Shown in pieces: positions 12,367 to 25,051 of a stretch of 64,000 nt of DNA (its first letter is position 1; every line of letters begins with the position of its first letter). The notes under the pieces are model-generated. The model was not told the DNA's origin, did not search any database, and saw only the letters and a list, made by a program, of their open reading frames with translations. The DNA is taken from positions 100,626,001-100,690,000 of the forward strand of contig OZ024740.1 of assembly GCA_964016885.1 (NCBI GenBank). Direction: 5' to 3'. The stretch is from Eledone cirrhosa. Its lineage: Eukaryota. The position numbers were made by a program, and so were the translations under genes.

Positions 12367-14184
12367 ACCCAGGATGGCGGCCGGTGGGGAATAGCTGTGT
12401 CTCTAAGGGAGGACGTCCCCTCTAGTCTTGGTTGACACTCGTCCTAGAAGTGGTAACACGAAATGATTACGAAAGGATAAAACGCGACAAAATAAAGTAA
12501 ATGCCAAATGATAAAATCTCATACCGGATCGGCCGTCACCCGGGTCAAAAAGGGCCGCGTCCCTCAGAGAGGAACCAGACTGGGGTCGAAAAATCAGATA
12601 ATGGTTCAAACCTTCCCATCACTTCGGAGCTGGAGACCTCCCATAACCGGAATACTCCTACTGTTAGCCCTCCATGCTCACCACCAAGAAATCCAAAGAA
12701 AAAGAGAAAAATGGTCAAGTGAAGATAATAAAGAAGTCGTTGAGGCTTTCTACACTGCCATGTACTACCCATCAAATACATCGAATACAGAACAGACATA
12801 TATCACATGGAAAAAGAAATTGAACATCCACAGTGATGACATTAAAATAGAGTTTGGACTAGATAAATGCGCCAAAGCAACGTTCACCAGAGGAAAGCTG
12901 CTGAAAAGTTCAGACATTAATCTTGATTGGGGGAATGTGATAAGAGAACTTGCAGAATGCATCATCCTAATGCAGATACAGATAGAATATATCTCCATAG
13001 AAAAGAAGGAGGATGTGGGTTAATCCAGTTATACATTGAGTTGAAAACTGCAACAATTGGATTATCTACATATCTAAGGGAATCACATGATTGGATGATC
13101 AAACTCGTTTTGAAACACGAAAGCCTCAAAAGATCATACTCCATTACAAAAGATGCACAAAGATACAGTAATGGACTACAAATTTCAGAAGTCCCATTTA
13201 CTGCTGAAATTGAAAACACAGAAAAAGCAAAGCAAGTAAAAGTAACTGCAAAGAAAGAACTGCTACAGAAACTGGCTAAGAAATGGCAAGAAAAGCCTCT
13301 GTATGGAAAATACCCAGAACGAGCTAACAATACTGATGTTGGCAAAACTTTAACCCATCAGTGGTTGGCATCCTCTGGACTGAAATCGGAGACTGAAGGA
13401 CTAATTATATCAGCACAAGATCAGTGCTTGCCTACAAAAAATTACCGAGCCAACATAATAAAAAATGGATGCAGCCCATTATGCCGTGTATGTAAAAAAC
13501 AACCAGAGACCATTGACCATATAATTTCAATTTGCAGTCCTATAGCTCCAACTGAATACCTAAACAGGCATGACAGACCTGCACAATACATACATGTGTA
13601 AGCATTTTGACCTGCCCCATCAAAAGAGTTGGTGGGAGCATCAACCACCTGCCATAATTGAAAAAGATCACATCTCAATCTTGTGGAACTTTAGCATCCA
13701 AACAGACCGAAAAATAGATGCAAATAGGCCTGCTATAATACTGAAGAACTTTAAAAAGAGATTATGCCTGCTAATTGATATGTCTGTTCCAATAGACAAG
13801 AATGTATCTATAAAAACATTTGAAAAATTGAGCAAGTATAAGGACCTGGAGATAGAAATTGGAAAAATGTGGAAATTGAGAACTAAAACAATACCAGCGG
13901 CTGTAGGCGCTCTAGGAATGATACCTAAGGGGTCTAATGATTACTTATCACAAATCCCAGGAAACCCGCGTATAGGAGAAATACAAAAGATAGTACTAAT
14001 GGAAACTGCCCATATACTAAGGAAGAATCTGTCAATATAAGTATCTCACAAGTCTAAACACCTAAAGATGCATGTGTGAGTATGTATGTTCTTTCTTGAA
14101 CATGGAGGGCCTTGTTGTCTCTTGAGGTCACTGGTTGTGACTTGGTGATAACTCGTATGAACATAAAGCAAGATAAATGCAGCT

Positions 14185-14224
<40 letters not shown>
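12367..14224 (+). mobile_element. R4/Dong-like REL LINE (family B): both ends kept, RT largely deleted
   Basis: 5'UTR, N-terminal KWSSEDNKEVVEAFY, jump to SDDIKIEFGLDKC, jump to MHHPNADTDRIYL; CRVC..ETIDHIISIC knuckle; NRP..IDMSVP..KLSKYKDL REL; stop at 14040; (AAT)n at 14186-14224. Confidence 0.9.
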
Positions 14225-16571
14225 GGGTGTTGAACATAATGAACAGGCAGTGTGGATTGAGACAGTACAAAAGGAGATTAGTGAACAGGCAAAGCAACGA
14301 ACTAATTTGAGTATCACAGTTGAAACTCTTAAGGGGCAGGCCAGAAAACTAACCAACTGGAAATAACCAGGCCCAGATGGTGTGCAGGGGTATTGGATTT
14401 AAAATATAACATCCTTCCAACCGAAACTGACAACCATGTTCAATGACTGCTTGATGTCAGGTGAGGTACCAGAGTGGTTGACAAAAGGTAGCACAATTCT
14501 GGTAATGAAAGACCGAATCAAGGGTAATGATGTTACCAACTATAGACCTATCACATGTCTGTCCGTAATGTGGAAACTGTTGACAAGCATTGTGTCTGAG
14601 GAAATCTACCATCACCTCCACATAAACAACTTGTTACCGGACGAACAGAAAGGAATCCGAAAGAAGTCCCGTGGTACAAAGGACCAGTTACTTATTTATT
14701 AATAAGATGGTAATGAGGAATTGCAGGAGGAGACACAGTGGTCTTGCCATGGGATGGATAGACTACAGAAAGACATTCGACATGGTACCTCATTCTTGGA
14801 TAACCAAAAGCCTAGAGATCTTGAGGGTGGCAGATAACATCAGACAGTTGTTGAGCAAAAGTATGAAGTCCTGGAAAACAGAGTTAACATCGGGCGGAGA
14901 ATCCTTGGGAGGCATGAGGATAAAGAGAGGTATCTTCCAGGGAGATTATTTGTCCCCTCTGCTGTTTGTCCTTGCTCTGATCCCCCTGATCATTGTACTG
15001 CAAAAAGTGAGAGCAGGATGCAAGTTGGGAAAGGGAGAGCTTACCATCAATCACCTCCTCTTCATGGACGATCTGAAGCTCTTCGGGAAGAGTGAGAGGG
15101 AGTTGGATGTGCTTGTTGACACTGTCCGTATTTTCAACAATGATATATGTATGCAATTTGGTATTAGTAAGTGTGGAGTCCTTTTGATGAAGAGGGGTAA
15201 ATTGAGCAGAAGCAACGGAATCCAGGTACCAACAAGTGAGATGATAAAGGAAATTGATGCTGAAGAGGGGTACAAATATTTAGGTGTTCTGGAGGTTGAT
15301 GACATCAAAAACAAAAAAAATGAAGGAATTGATAAGATCTGAATACATTCGGAGAGTAAGGAGCGTACTAAAGTCACATCTGAACAGTAGGAATGCCATA
15401 AGTGCAGTAAATTCTCGAGCTGTGTCTATTATTAGGTACAGTGCGGGAATTCTGAGATGGAATGTTGCCGAACAAAAAGAAATGGATAGGAAGACTAGGA
15501 AGCTATTGACTATCTACAACATGTTCCACAAAGGGAGTGATGTCGATAGACTCTACTTAAAGAGATCTGAAGGTGGAAGAGGTCTTATCAGCATAGAGGA
15601 CTGTGTTCCGATGGAGGAAAAACAACCTACACAAATACGTGACTGATAGTAGGGAGCCAATCCTCAGAATTGTACTGAAGGAGAGGACAATAGACCAGGG
15701 GATGTCCAAGGAGGAAATAACAACAAGGAGAAAGAGCAACCTTCATAAAAAATCCGTTCATAGTGCCTCCTTTGAGAAAACTGAATTTAGAGATCCACAG
15801 ACATGGAACTGGTTGAAAAGAGGAGACCTTAAAAAGGCTACAGAAGGAATGCTAATGGCTGCGTAGAGCACGCCATCAAAACGAAGTGGCTGAAACACCA
15901 TATTTACGAGGAGTCTAGCCCACTCTGTAGGATCTGTGCAGAGAGAGAGGAGACTGTGGCTCACATTGTATCCGAGTGTAAACACCTAGCCCAGACTCAC
16001 TATAAGGGCTGGAGACATGATGTGATGGGCAGGGTGATCCACTGGCACCTATGCAAAGTAAACAATTTACCATATTCTGAGAAGTGGTATGTACATAAGC
16101 CAGAGTCGCTGATGGAAAACGATCAGGTGAAGGTGCTGTGGGATTTTAGGATACAGACGGACAATAAACTGGAACACAATAGACCTGACCTGGTGGTTTT
16201 GGACAAGGGAAAAAGTACGTGCCTGATTGTAGATGTAGCCTGCCCATTCGACATGAGAGAGCAAGAGAAGGAGAGGGAGTAAATTAACCGATACCAGGAC
16301 TTAAAGTGGGAGTTAAAAAGGATTTGGATCTGCCATGAGGTCAAAGTTGTCCCGATTGTCATAGGCATACTAGGGACTATCTCAAAAAGTTTCCAAGGAT
16401 GGTTAAAGAAAATTAGTCCAGCCCCGCTTTTTGGAACACTTCAAAAGGCATGCTTGCTGGGAACAGCAAGAACCCTCCGATACCTCCTGAATATCTGAGG
16501 CTGCAGGTAGTGGCTTGATATTCATTTCAACAAACGTTCCAGTTAAATAACATCAATGACAGAGACTCAAA

Positions 16572-16622
<51 letters not shown>

Positions 16623-16628
16623 TAATAA
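14225..16628 (+). mobile_element. R4/Dong-like REL LINE (family C), 5'-truncated, RT + CCHC + REL with stops and frameshifts
   Basis: [86 protein letters not shown]; (AAT)n tail at 16572-16628. Confidence 0.93.
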
Positions 16629-17844
16629 TGCATCACCCTAATGCAGATACAGATAGAATATATCTCCCTAGGAAAGAAGGAGGACGTGGCTTAATCCTGT
16701 TAGATATTGCGTTGAAAACTGCAACAATTGGATTATCTATATATCTAAGGGAATCACATGATTGGATGATCAAACTCGTTTTGAAACACGAAAGCCTCAA
16801 AAGATCATACCCCATTACAAAAGATGCACAAAGATACAGTAATGGACTACAAATTTCAGAAGTCCCATTTGCTGCTGAAATGGAAAACACAGAAAAAGCA
16901 AAGCAGGTAAAAGTAGCTGCAAAGAAAGAACTGCTACAGAAACTGGCTAAGAAATGGCAAGAAAAGCCTCTGTATGGAAAATACCCAGAGAGAGCTAACA
17001 ATCCTGATGTTGACAAAACTTTAACCCATCAGTGGTTGGCATCCTCTGGACTGAAATCGGAGACTGAAGGAGTGATTATATCAGCACAAGATCAGTGTCT
17101 GCCAACAAAAAATTACCAAGCCAACATAATAAAAAATGGATGCAGCCCATTATGTCGTGTATGTAAAAAACAACCAGAGATCATTGATCATATAATTTCA
17201 ATGTGCAGTCCTATAGCTCCAACCGAATACCTAAACAAGCATGACAGAGCTGCACAATACATACATTGGATAATGTGTAAGCATTTTGACCTGCCCCATC
17301 AAAAGAATTGGTGGGAGCTTCAACCACCTCCCATACTTGAAAGGGATCACATCTCAATCTTGTGGAACTTTAGCATCCAAACAGACCAAAAAATAGATGC
17401 AAGCTATGCCTGCTAATTGATATGTCCGTTCCAATACACAAGAATGTATCTATAAAAACATTTGAAAAATTGAGCAAGTATAAGTACCTGGAGATAGAAA
17501 GTGGAAAAATGTGGAAATTGAGATCTAAAACAATACCAGTGGTTGTAGGCGCTCTAGGAATACCTAAAGGGTCTAATGATTACTTATCCTAAATCCCAGG
17601 AAACCCGCGTATAGGAGAAATACAAAAGATAGTGCTAATGGGAACTGCCCATATACTAAGGAAGATTCTGTCAATATAAGTACATCACAAGTCTAAACAC
17701 CTAAAGATGCATGTGTGTGTATGTATGTTCTTTCTTGAACATGGTGTACCTTGTTGTCTCTTGAGGTCACTGGTTGTGACTTGGTGATAACTCGTATGAA
17801 CATAAAGCAAGATAAATGCAACTATAATTATAATAATAATAAAA
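16628..17844 (+). mobile_element. R4/Dong-like LINE family B, 5'-truncated second copy
   Basis: Highly similar to 12957-14224 including the 3'UTR; ~36 bp deletion near 17403; AAT tail. Confidence 0.93.
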
Positions 17845-18810
17845 ATAATAATAATAATAATGCTTTCTTTATTAACCACAAGGGTTTACACAAAGTAGAC
17901 ATTAAGGACAGTACAGGACAATACAGGACGGTACAAATGGGAATTTCTGCGTGTAAAAAAACAAAAAACAGAGGATGTAACAAAAGAAGAACAATAAAAA
18001 ATTCCCCAATGGGGGGGGGGGAGACTTCCGAGGGCATCGTGGAGAAAGCCCATTAAAAAAGCCACTGTGACCCTGACCACCAGTGCATGTGCCCTCTCCC
18101 AGTTTTCCACCTTCAGTTTACAGGCATATACTCAAAGTAGGCCCATTCACTCGGGCCATTCTTGTCTCTCTCACCCACCTTTCAACAAAATGCTGGGAAA
18201 AGAGCACTTCCTTCTCTACCCTGATTTTCCTTTTCAAATGAAATTTGAAAAAGTTAATCAGGGCATCACCGAAGAGGTAAGTGCTTGTCGTCAGCCCTTT
18301 CAGATGCGTCCACCATACTTTCTCTTTCAGCATGGCCATCAGACAGATTAAAAACTGCCTGCCCTTCCCGGCTAAAGGAAGAGGGTGGAGCAATCCTCAC
18401 GATGGACTCAGTTGATAGCCAGATCCGTTCTACACGCGACAGCAGGTTTTCGACATAAACCCACAAGTCAGCAATGCTCGGACACTGGAGGAGTACATGC
18501 AGGACAGTTTCGTCGCCCTGCACGAATCTCGGACATGCCCGGTTGATGGCACTTCCGTGCCTGTAGAGTTTATCCCGAACTGGCAAAGCTCTTCGGTAGC
18601 ACTGCCAGCCCAGGGGTTTCTGGAAATTGTCCATAGGCCCTTGCAAGAAAATTCTTCCGAAGAGATTGGCTAGTTGATTTTCGTCGATGCCTAGAGTTTC
18701 CTCAAGTATGTCTTCGCTCTTCCTCTCCACTATTCCTCTATAGAACGCTGAGTTTCCACCGATAACATTCCCCAACTGGTCGAGGGCCGTGAGCGTCTGA
18801 AGACATACCA
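17845..18810 (-). mobile_element. Tx1/L1-like LINE 3' fragment (relative of 8414-9500)
   Basis: WQCYRRALPVRDKLYRHGSAINRACPR..ETVLHVLLQCP; 3'UTR homologous to 8431-8725; (TTA)n tail. Confidence 0.9.
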
Positions 18811-19356
18811 GTGGTACAATCATCACCCTGAGACTGTGACTGAAGGAGAAAAAGTAACAATTCTTATGGGACTTTCCTCTACATACTGACAGGACCATAA
18901 AAGCAAATAGACCTGACATTATTATAAAAGATCAACATAACAAGGTCTGTTTGTTTATAGATATGAGCATCCCATGTGATCACGATATCGCGGCAAAAGA
19001 ATTTGACAAGCTACAAAAACTGGGAATGATCAAGAAAGGAACAGAACAATATTTACGAATGATTCCTGGTTTTCCCTCTCTGCACGAGGTGCAAAAAATT
19101 GTTTTGACTGGTACTGCACACGTATTGAGAAGAGCACTGTCTCTGTAATATTGATATCCCTCCTTCTATTTACATATGCATATGCACATGTGTATATATG
19201 TATACTCCTTTTTTTTTAAAATTATAATCAACGTGCTGTATTAACTGGCTTAGCAATGCACACTGTGAATTTATTTGCCCTAGGTGTCAAGAAGATACTT
19301 GGCATATATCTCAGAAACAGTAATGAAAGAAAATAAAAATAACAATAATAATAATA
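18811..19356 (+). mobile_element. R4/Dong-like LINE family F, 3' fragment
   Basis: WYNHHPE..NRPDIIIKD..IDMSIPCD; near-identical to 21090-21520 plus 23116-23300; ~75 bp deletion at 19018. Confidence 0.9.
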
Positions 19357-22300
19357 CAAATCGCTTTTCCTATGGTTAATCAGGAAGCGCGTCCCTCAGG
19401 AAGGTGCCAACCTGAGATCGAAAAGTCCTCCTCTGGCACAAACTCTTCTCCAGATCCACCACCCAACTCGAGCCCTCCAGATCCACCACCCAAACGACCT
19501 CAAAAAGAAAAGCCTAAAAGGATGAAATGGACCCGAGAAGAATATAAAGAAGTAATATAAGCATATTACAATGCATTAGGAGACAGACACACTTTAAACT
19601 CCTACAAAATCTGGAAAACTCAGAATCAAGCTAGCAGACGTGATATGGATGGAAATAAGTTGGCAAATGTAAGGAGGTATATCTTCAGAAATAATAGACT
19701 CACAGACACTGAACTAACTGCGTTCAAGCAGGCTGTGGAGAATGACATAAATATAAATGATGAAAGAACTGAAGAATCTCCTGGAGATAGTAACAAGTCA
19801 CAAGTCTTTACTGAAAGACCTCCATCTGACCAAATCACAAATAGGTTTGTAGAAATGAAAAGCCCTATTGAAAATAGCCAGGAGAGGGACTTAGAAACAG
19901 TAATTGAAAACCAAACATCTGCTGCTGAAGAACACAGGGAGACTATGAAGGAATTAAAGCAAAAAATAATGAATGAGCTTGCAGTAGTAAGACATTCTAG
20001 TATAAATGATAGAGAACCACTTCAAAAACTCCCAGATACAATCCAAAATAGAAAACAAATATTGATTGGTAATTATGTGACAAAAGAAATCATAGAAGAA
20101 CTAGAACCTGATCTTAGTGAGTTAAATGAAATCATTTATGCATCTGCTAGAGTAATTGAAACAAGTTGTTTACCACCAAAAAAACAAAAAAAAAGTCGAA
20201 CCTTCGAGGTAAACCAATTTGGAGGAGTAGAATCGAAAAGGAGATTGACGTAATGAGAGGAGAAATATCTTTATTGAGTGAGTTAACCGCTGGAAATGAT
20301 ATAAGATCCAGGAAGGTAAGAAAGCTAAAGAGAAAATATGGACTGTCTTCTAGAGAAGCAATAGTTTCAACAAAAGAATCGACACCAAAGTCCGTAAGCT
20401 ACTGACCTGTAATAGGATGGACCACCCAAAAGCAGATATGGATCGTATTTACCTTCCTAGAACTCAAGGAGGCCGTGGCCTCATCCAATTTGAACTTGCT
20501 TACAAGACCACCATCATTGGACTGACCAAATACCTTGAAACAACTAACAACTGTATGCTGAAACTTGTTGAAAAGCATGAGAGAAGTAAGAAGCTTCATT
20601 CTATCTTGAAGGAGAGCAAAAAATATGCTACTGATCTCATGCTTGATACCCAGGCTGGACAGACTAAAGAAATTGTTGCAACTGATCCTGCTAGGCTCAT
20701 AAAATCACTGGCAAAAGCAAAAGCGTAAGGACAATTAGCATCAAATTGGGAGCATGGCAAATATGTGGCCCGTAGCAAATAGGCTGATGTTGACCAAAAG
20801 CACACCCATCAGTGGCTATGTAGTTCAGGGCTACAGGCGGAGAGTGAAGGCTTCATCTTAGCTACCCAAGATCAAAGCTTACTGACTCGTAATTACCAGG
20901 CCAATGTGATGAGAAACGGAATAAACCCAAAGTGCCGATTCTGCAATGATGCTGAGGTTGAAACAGTGGATCAATTAGTCTCTGGATGTAAAGTTTTAGC
21001 ATCAGTAGAATACAAATATAGACATGACAGAGTTGGCCAATATCTACACTGGGTAATATGTTGGCATTACAAAATCAAAGCTGAAGACAAGTGGTACAAT
21101 CATCACCCTGAGGCTGTAACTGAAGGAGAAAAAGTAACAATTCTCTGGGACTTTCCTGTACATACTGACAGGACGATAAAAGCAAATAGACATGACATCA
21201 TTGTAAAAGATCAACATAACAAGGTCTGTTTATTGATAGATATGAGCATCCTATGTGATCACAATATCGCGGCAACATAATTTGACAAGCTACGAAAATA
21301 TAAAGATCTGCTTATTGAAATTGAGAAAATGTGGCACGTCAAGGCCGTTACAATACCAGTGATTGTGGGAGGACTGGGAATGATCAAGAAAGGAACAGAA
21401 CAATATTTGCGAATGATTCCTGGCCTACCCTCTCTGCATGAGGTGCAAAAAATTGTTTTGACTGGTACTGCACACGTATTGAGAAGAGCACTATCTCTGT
21501 AAGATTGATATCCCTCCTTCATCATCATCATCATCTGCGTTTTACATCCGTTCTTCCACGCTAGCATGTGATAGACGGGTTGTCCTGTTGTGGGCAGTGT
21601 CTGGTCGGCTGACCATGCCTTGCTCATACAGGAACTGATTTGGCTTGATTTTTACAGCTGGATGCCCTTCCTAACACCAACCTCATTTACAATGAGTGCT
21701 GGGTGCTTTTTCGTGGTGCCTATACGTCCACTTTACAGTGTGGGCTGGGTGCTTTTTTGCCGTGGCACCTCCACGACCACCTTGCAGTGGGAGGGTGTGG
21801 GGGCATATTGTCTATATGCTTCAGCTTGTACCCATGGGAGGTCGGGTACTCTGTATTACTGCGTGACGCCAGAGGTCATGGTCGTGTGTCTTTGAGAGGT
21901 GTAATTGTGTAACGTCGGCTTTTATCACCTCATCTGAGGTCATCTTGGGTCTCCCCACTCCACGGTTTCCGTCGACTTCTAGTGCTCTGCACCTTTTTAT
22001 GCAGCTGTCATCCTTCATACGCATCACATGTCCATACCAACGCAACCACCTCTCCTGCACACAGCATTTGATTCCTCTTATGCTCAGTCTCTCTCTCAAT
22101 TCATTTATGCTTTGTCGGTCGCGTATATTACTATTACACATCATTCGGAGCATGCAGGCTTCGTTTATCTCTAATTTACGTAAGTCTTCCACTTTCGGCG
22201 CCCAGGTCTCACTACCATGCAATATCACTGTTCGGATACACGCATCATACAGTCTGCCTTTCATTTTGAGGGAGAAGCCTTTTGTAGCTAGCAGTGGTAG

Positions 22301-23329
22301 TAGTTTCCTAAACTTCTTCCATCCAGTTCTTACCCTAGTTATTGTACTTTCTGAACACCCACATCCACTGCTAATTCGGTCACCTAGGTAGCAGAAGCTG
22401 TCTACTGTTTCTACAGAGCCCTCCCAGAGATTGGTGGTACTTGTTTCCTGTGGCTGTTTGCTGCTTGCTGTCCCAGCACAGCTGCTGCATGTGAAGCCTA
22501 CATTCTTAATTAAGCTTCCTGAGATCCCGCTACATCTCTTGTGTACCCATTGTTTGCATTTGGGGCAGATAATGGAGTTCCTACCTACACCTTTCCTACA
22601 TACTGAGAAAGGCCATTTCCCTGAGGGGATCTGGGTTCTGTCTTCTCGTCTACTTACAAGGACCTTAGTCTTTGTCATGTTGACTTTGAGACCCTTTCTT
22701 TCTAGTCCCTGATTCCAAGTTTGGAATTTCTTCTCTGGTTCTACCATAGATTCAGCTATAAGTGCGAGGTCATCAGCATACAGGAGTTCCCATGGGCATC
22801 CAGTCTTAAACTCCTCCGTTATTGCCTGCAGGACTATGATGAACAGGAGGGCTAAGAACAGAGCCCCGGTGGACCCCAACCTGTACGCTAAATTCCTCGC
22901 TATACTCATTGCTAATCCTAACTTTGCTGACTGCTCCGCTATACATGGCTTGTACAGCTTTCACAAGCCATTCATCTACTCTTAGTTTTCTAAGAGCCCA
23001 CCAGATTATAGCACGTGGAACTCTGTCAAAGGCTTTCTCAAGATCGACGAATGCCAGGTAGAGTGGCTTACTTTTAGTTAGGTACTTTTCCTGTAACTGC
23101 CTCACAAGGAAGAGGGCACATATGCATATGCACATGTGTATATATGTATACTGTTTTTTTTTTGTTTTTTTTTATTATAATCAAGGTGCTGTATTGACTG
23201 GCTTACCAATGCACACTGTGAATTTATTTTCCCTAGGTGTCAGGAAGACACTCGGCATATATCTCAGAAACAATAATGAAAGAAAATAAAAATGATAATA
23301 ATAATCATAATAATAACAACAATAATAAT
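19357..23329 (+). mobile_element. R4/Dong-like LINE family F: N-terminus fused to CCHC/REL (RT deleted); 3'UTR split by an RTE insertion
   Basis: KWTREEYKEVI N-terminus and KPIWRSRIEKEI, junction near 20378 to TKVRKLLTCNRMDHPKAD, CRFC..ETVD, IDMSI..KYKDL; the 3'UTR resumes at 23116 and ends in AAT repeats. Confidence 0.9.
21521..23115 (-). mobile_element. RTE-clade LINE (young family), 5'-truncated, with PHD finger
   Basis: AFVDLEKAFDRVP, LLYADDL, KWPFSVC..CPKC..WVHKRC..CSSC, LRWYGHVMR; (ATC)n at 21521-21535 on +. Confidence 0.95.
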
Positions 23330-24652
23330 AGTTGAGAAGGTCGAAGTCTGGTTACAAGAGGGGAGGATATGAGTTTAAGATAAACCACCTGCTGTTCATG
23401 GATAACCTTAAACTTTATGGGAAATCATATAAACATATTGATTCCCTTGTACAGACAGTTCATACACTCTGTACGGACATAGGAATGGAATTTGCCATAA
23501 AAAAGTGAGGTAGAATTGATAAAATGGAAGGAATAGAATTACCAGACGGACAAGTTATGAAGGAAATTGATGACAATGGGTATAAGTACTTAGGCATCGT
23601 GGAAACAAACCAAATGAAAGAGAAGGAAATGAAAGAACTATTATCAAAAGAATATAAACGGAGACAGAAGTTGGTGTTAAAGACGAAGTTAAGTGGTAAG
23701 AATTAGGTATTGGCTATTAACACATGGGCTGTTGCAGTGCTAAGGTATAGCGCTGGTGTGATAGAGTGGAAATGTGCTTGATAGAAAAACCAGGAAAATG
23801 ATGACACTACAAGAGGCTCTACATCCCAAAAAGTGACATGGACAGGTTGTTTCATCACAACAGCATGGTGTGTAAAGAATTCAAGGGAGAGATTGATAGC
23901 AGGAGTAAGAAAGATAAAGGTCCTTAACATCGATGAAGCAAAGGAAAAGGCAGAATTTAAACAAGACAGATAGAATGACACATTGAATAAATGGAAGAAG
24001 TAAAAATGTATGGTCAATTCTTATGCGAAATGCCTGAGACAGTTGACAAAGATAGGAACTGGGAATTGACTAGCAAAAGTGATTTGATAGTTAAAATTGA
24101 GGCCCTTACTTTTGCAGCCCAGAAGCAGGCACTGAGAACGAACTATATTAAATTCAATATTGACAAATCACTGAATTCTCCACTGTGTAGGCTGTGTAGT
24201 GAGGAAGAGGTGAGACAATAAACCACATTATTAACAAATGAAAGATGCTTGCTCAGAAAGAGTACAAGAGAAGGCATGACAACATTGCTAGACTGGTTCA
24301 TTGGAAGCTCTGTCATAAGTATGACATGAACTGAAGTGAGAAATGGTATGAACACCAACTGGAAAGGGTTGCTGAAAATGATCAGTTTAAGTGTTACCAA
24401 TTGTGTTTGGCACACTGGGAGTAGTTAATAAAAGGTTGGATGCAAGGATTGATAATCTAGGAATTACCAACAGGACAGGATTGTTGCAGAAAACAGCTCT
24501 GCTATGAACAGCAAGGATTCTAAGAAGGGTGTTGGAAAATTGAAGAAGGAATGATCCAAAGGGCATTTGGCCATTGGCTATGGCTGGCTCTTTTGATAAA
24601 GCATTGGTATAACATCAGCCAGAGTAAAAGCCTTATGAGTAATAATAATAAT
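23330..24652 (+). mobile_element. Older R4/Dong-like LINE (family G), decayed RT-REL
   Basis: INHLLFMDNLKLYG, GYKYLGI, AINTWAVAVLRYSAG, QALRTNY..SPLCRLC, YKRRHDN; AAT tail at about 24640-24652. Confidence 0.85.
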
Positions 24653-25051
24653 ATTAATCCACTATCAAATATTCCATAAATAATGTCTCAGTTAAAGATT
24701 TAGTAACTTAATAAAAAGAAAAACTTGGTGTAAAACATATATCTGGTTTAATCCTCCATATAGAGTACAAATAGCATCACATCTACCAAAAATATTTTTT
24801 TAGTAGTTTAGAAAATTGTTTTTCCCCACGGAACTATAAGTATTATAGTGTAATAAATAAGAACACCATTAAATTATCCTTCTTTACTACACCAAATTAA
24901 TAAACAACATTAACCAATGTTCATGTCTATTTGGCTTTTCATAAGAAATCATGTATATCATCTAAGCAATCACAAGTAAATTGAGGAACCTATATACATT
25001 ATCACCTATTGTAATATCCTGAAATGGTCATACTAATTTGTATATTCTTAG

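Noticed and set aside
16556-17416. 286-aa ORF with an apparent hydrophobic signal or TM segment
   Set aside because: The poly-Ile is the translated (AAT)n tail running in frame into a truncated LINE.
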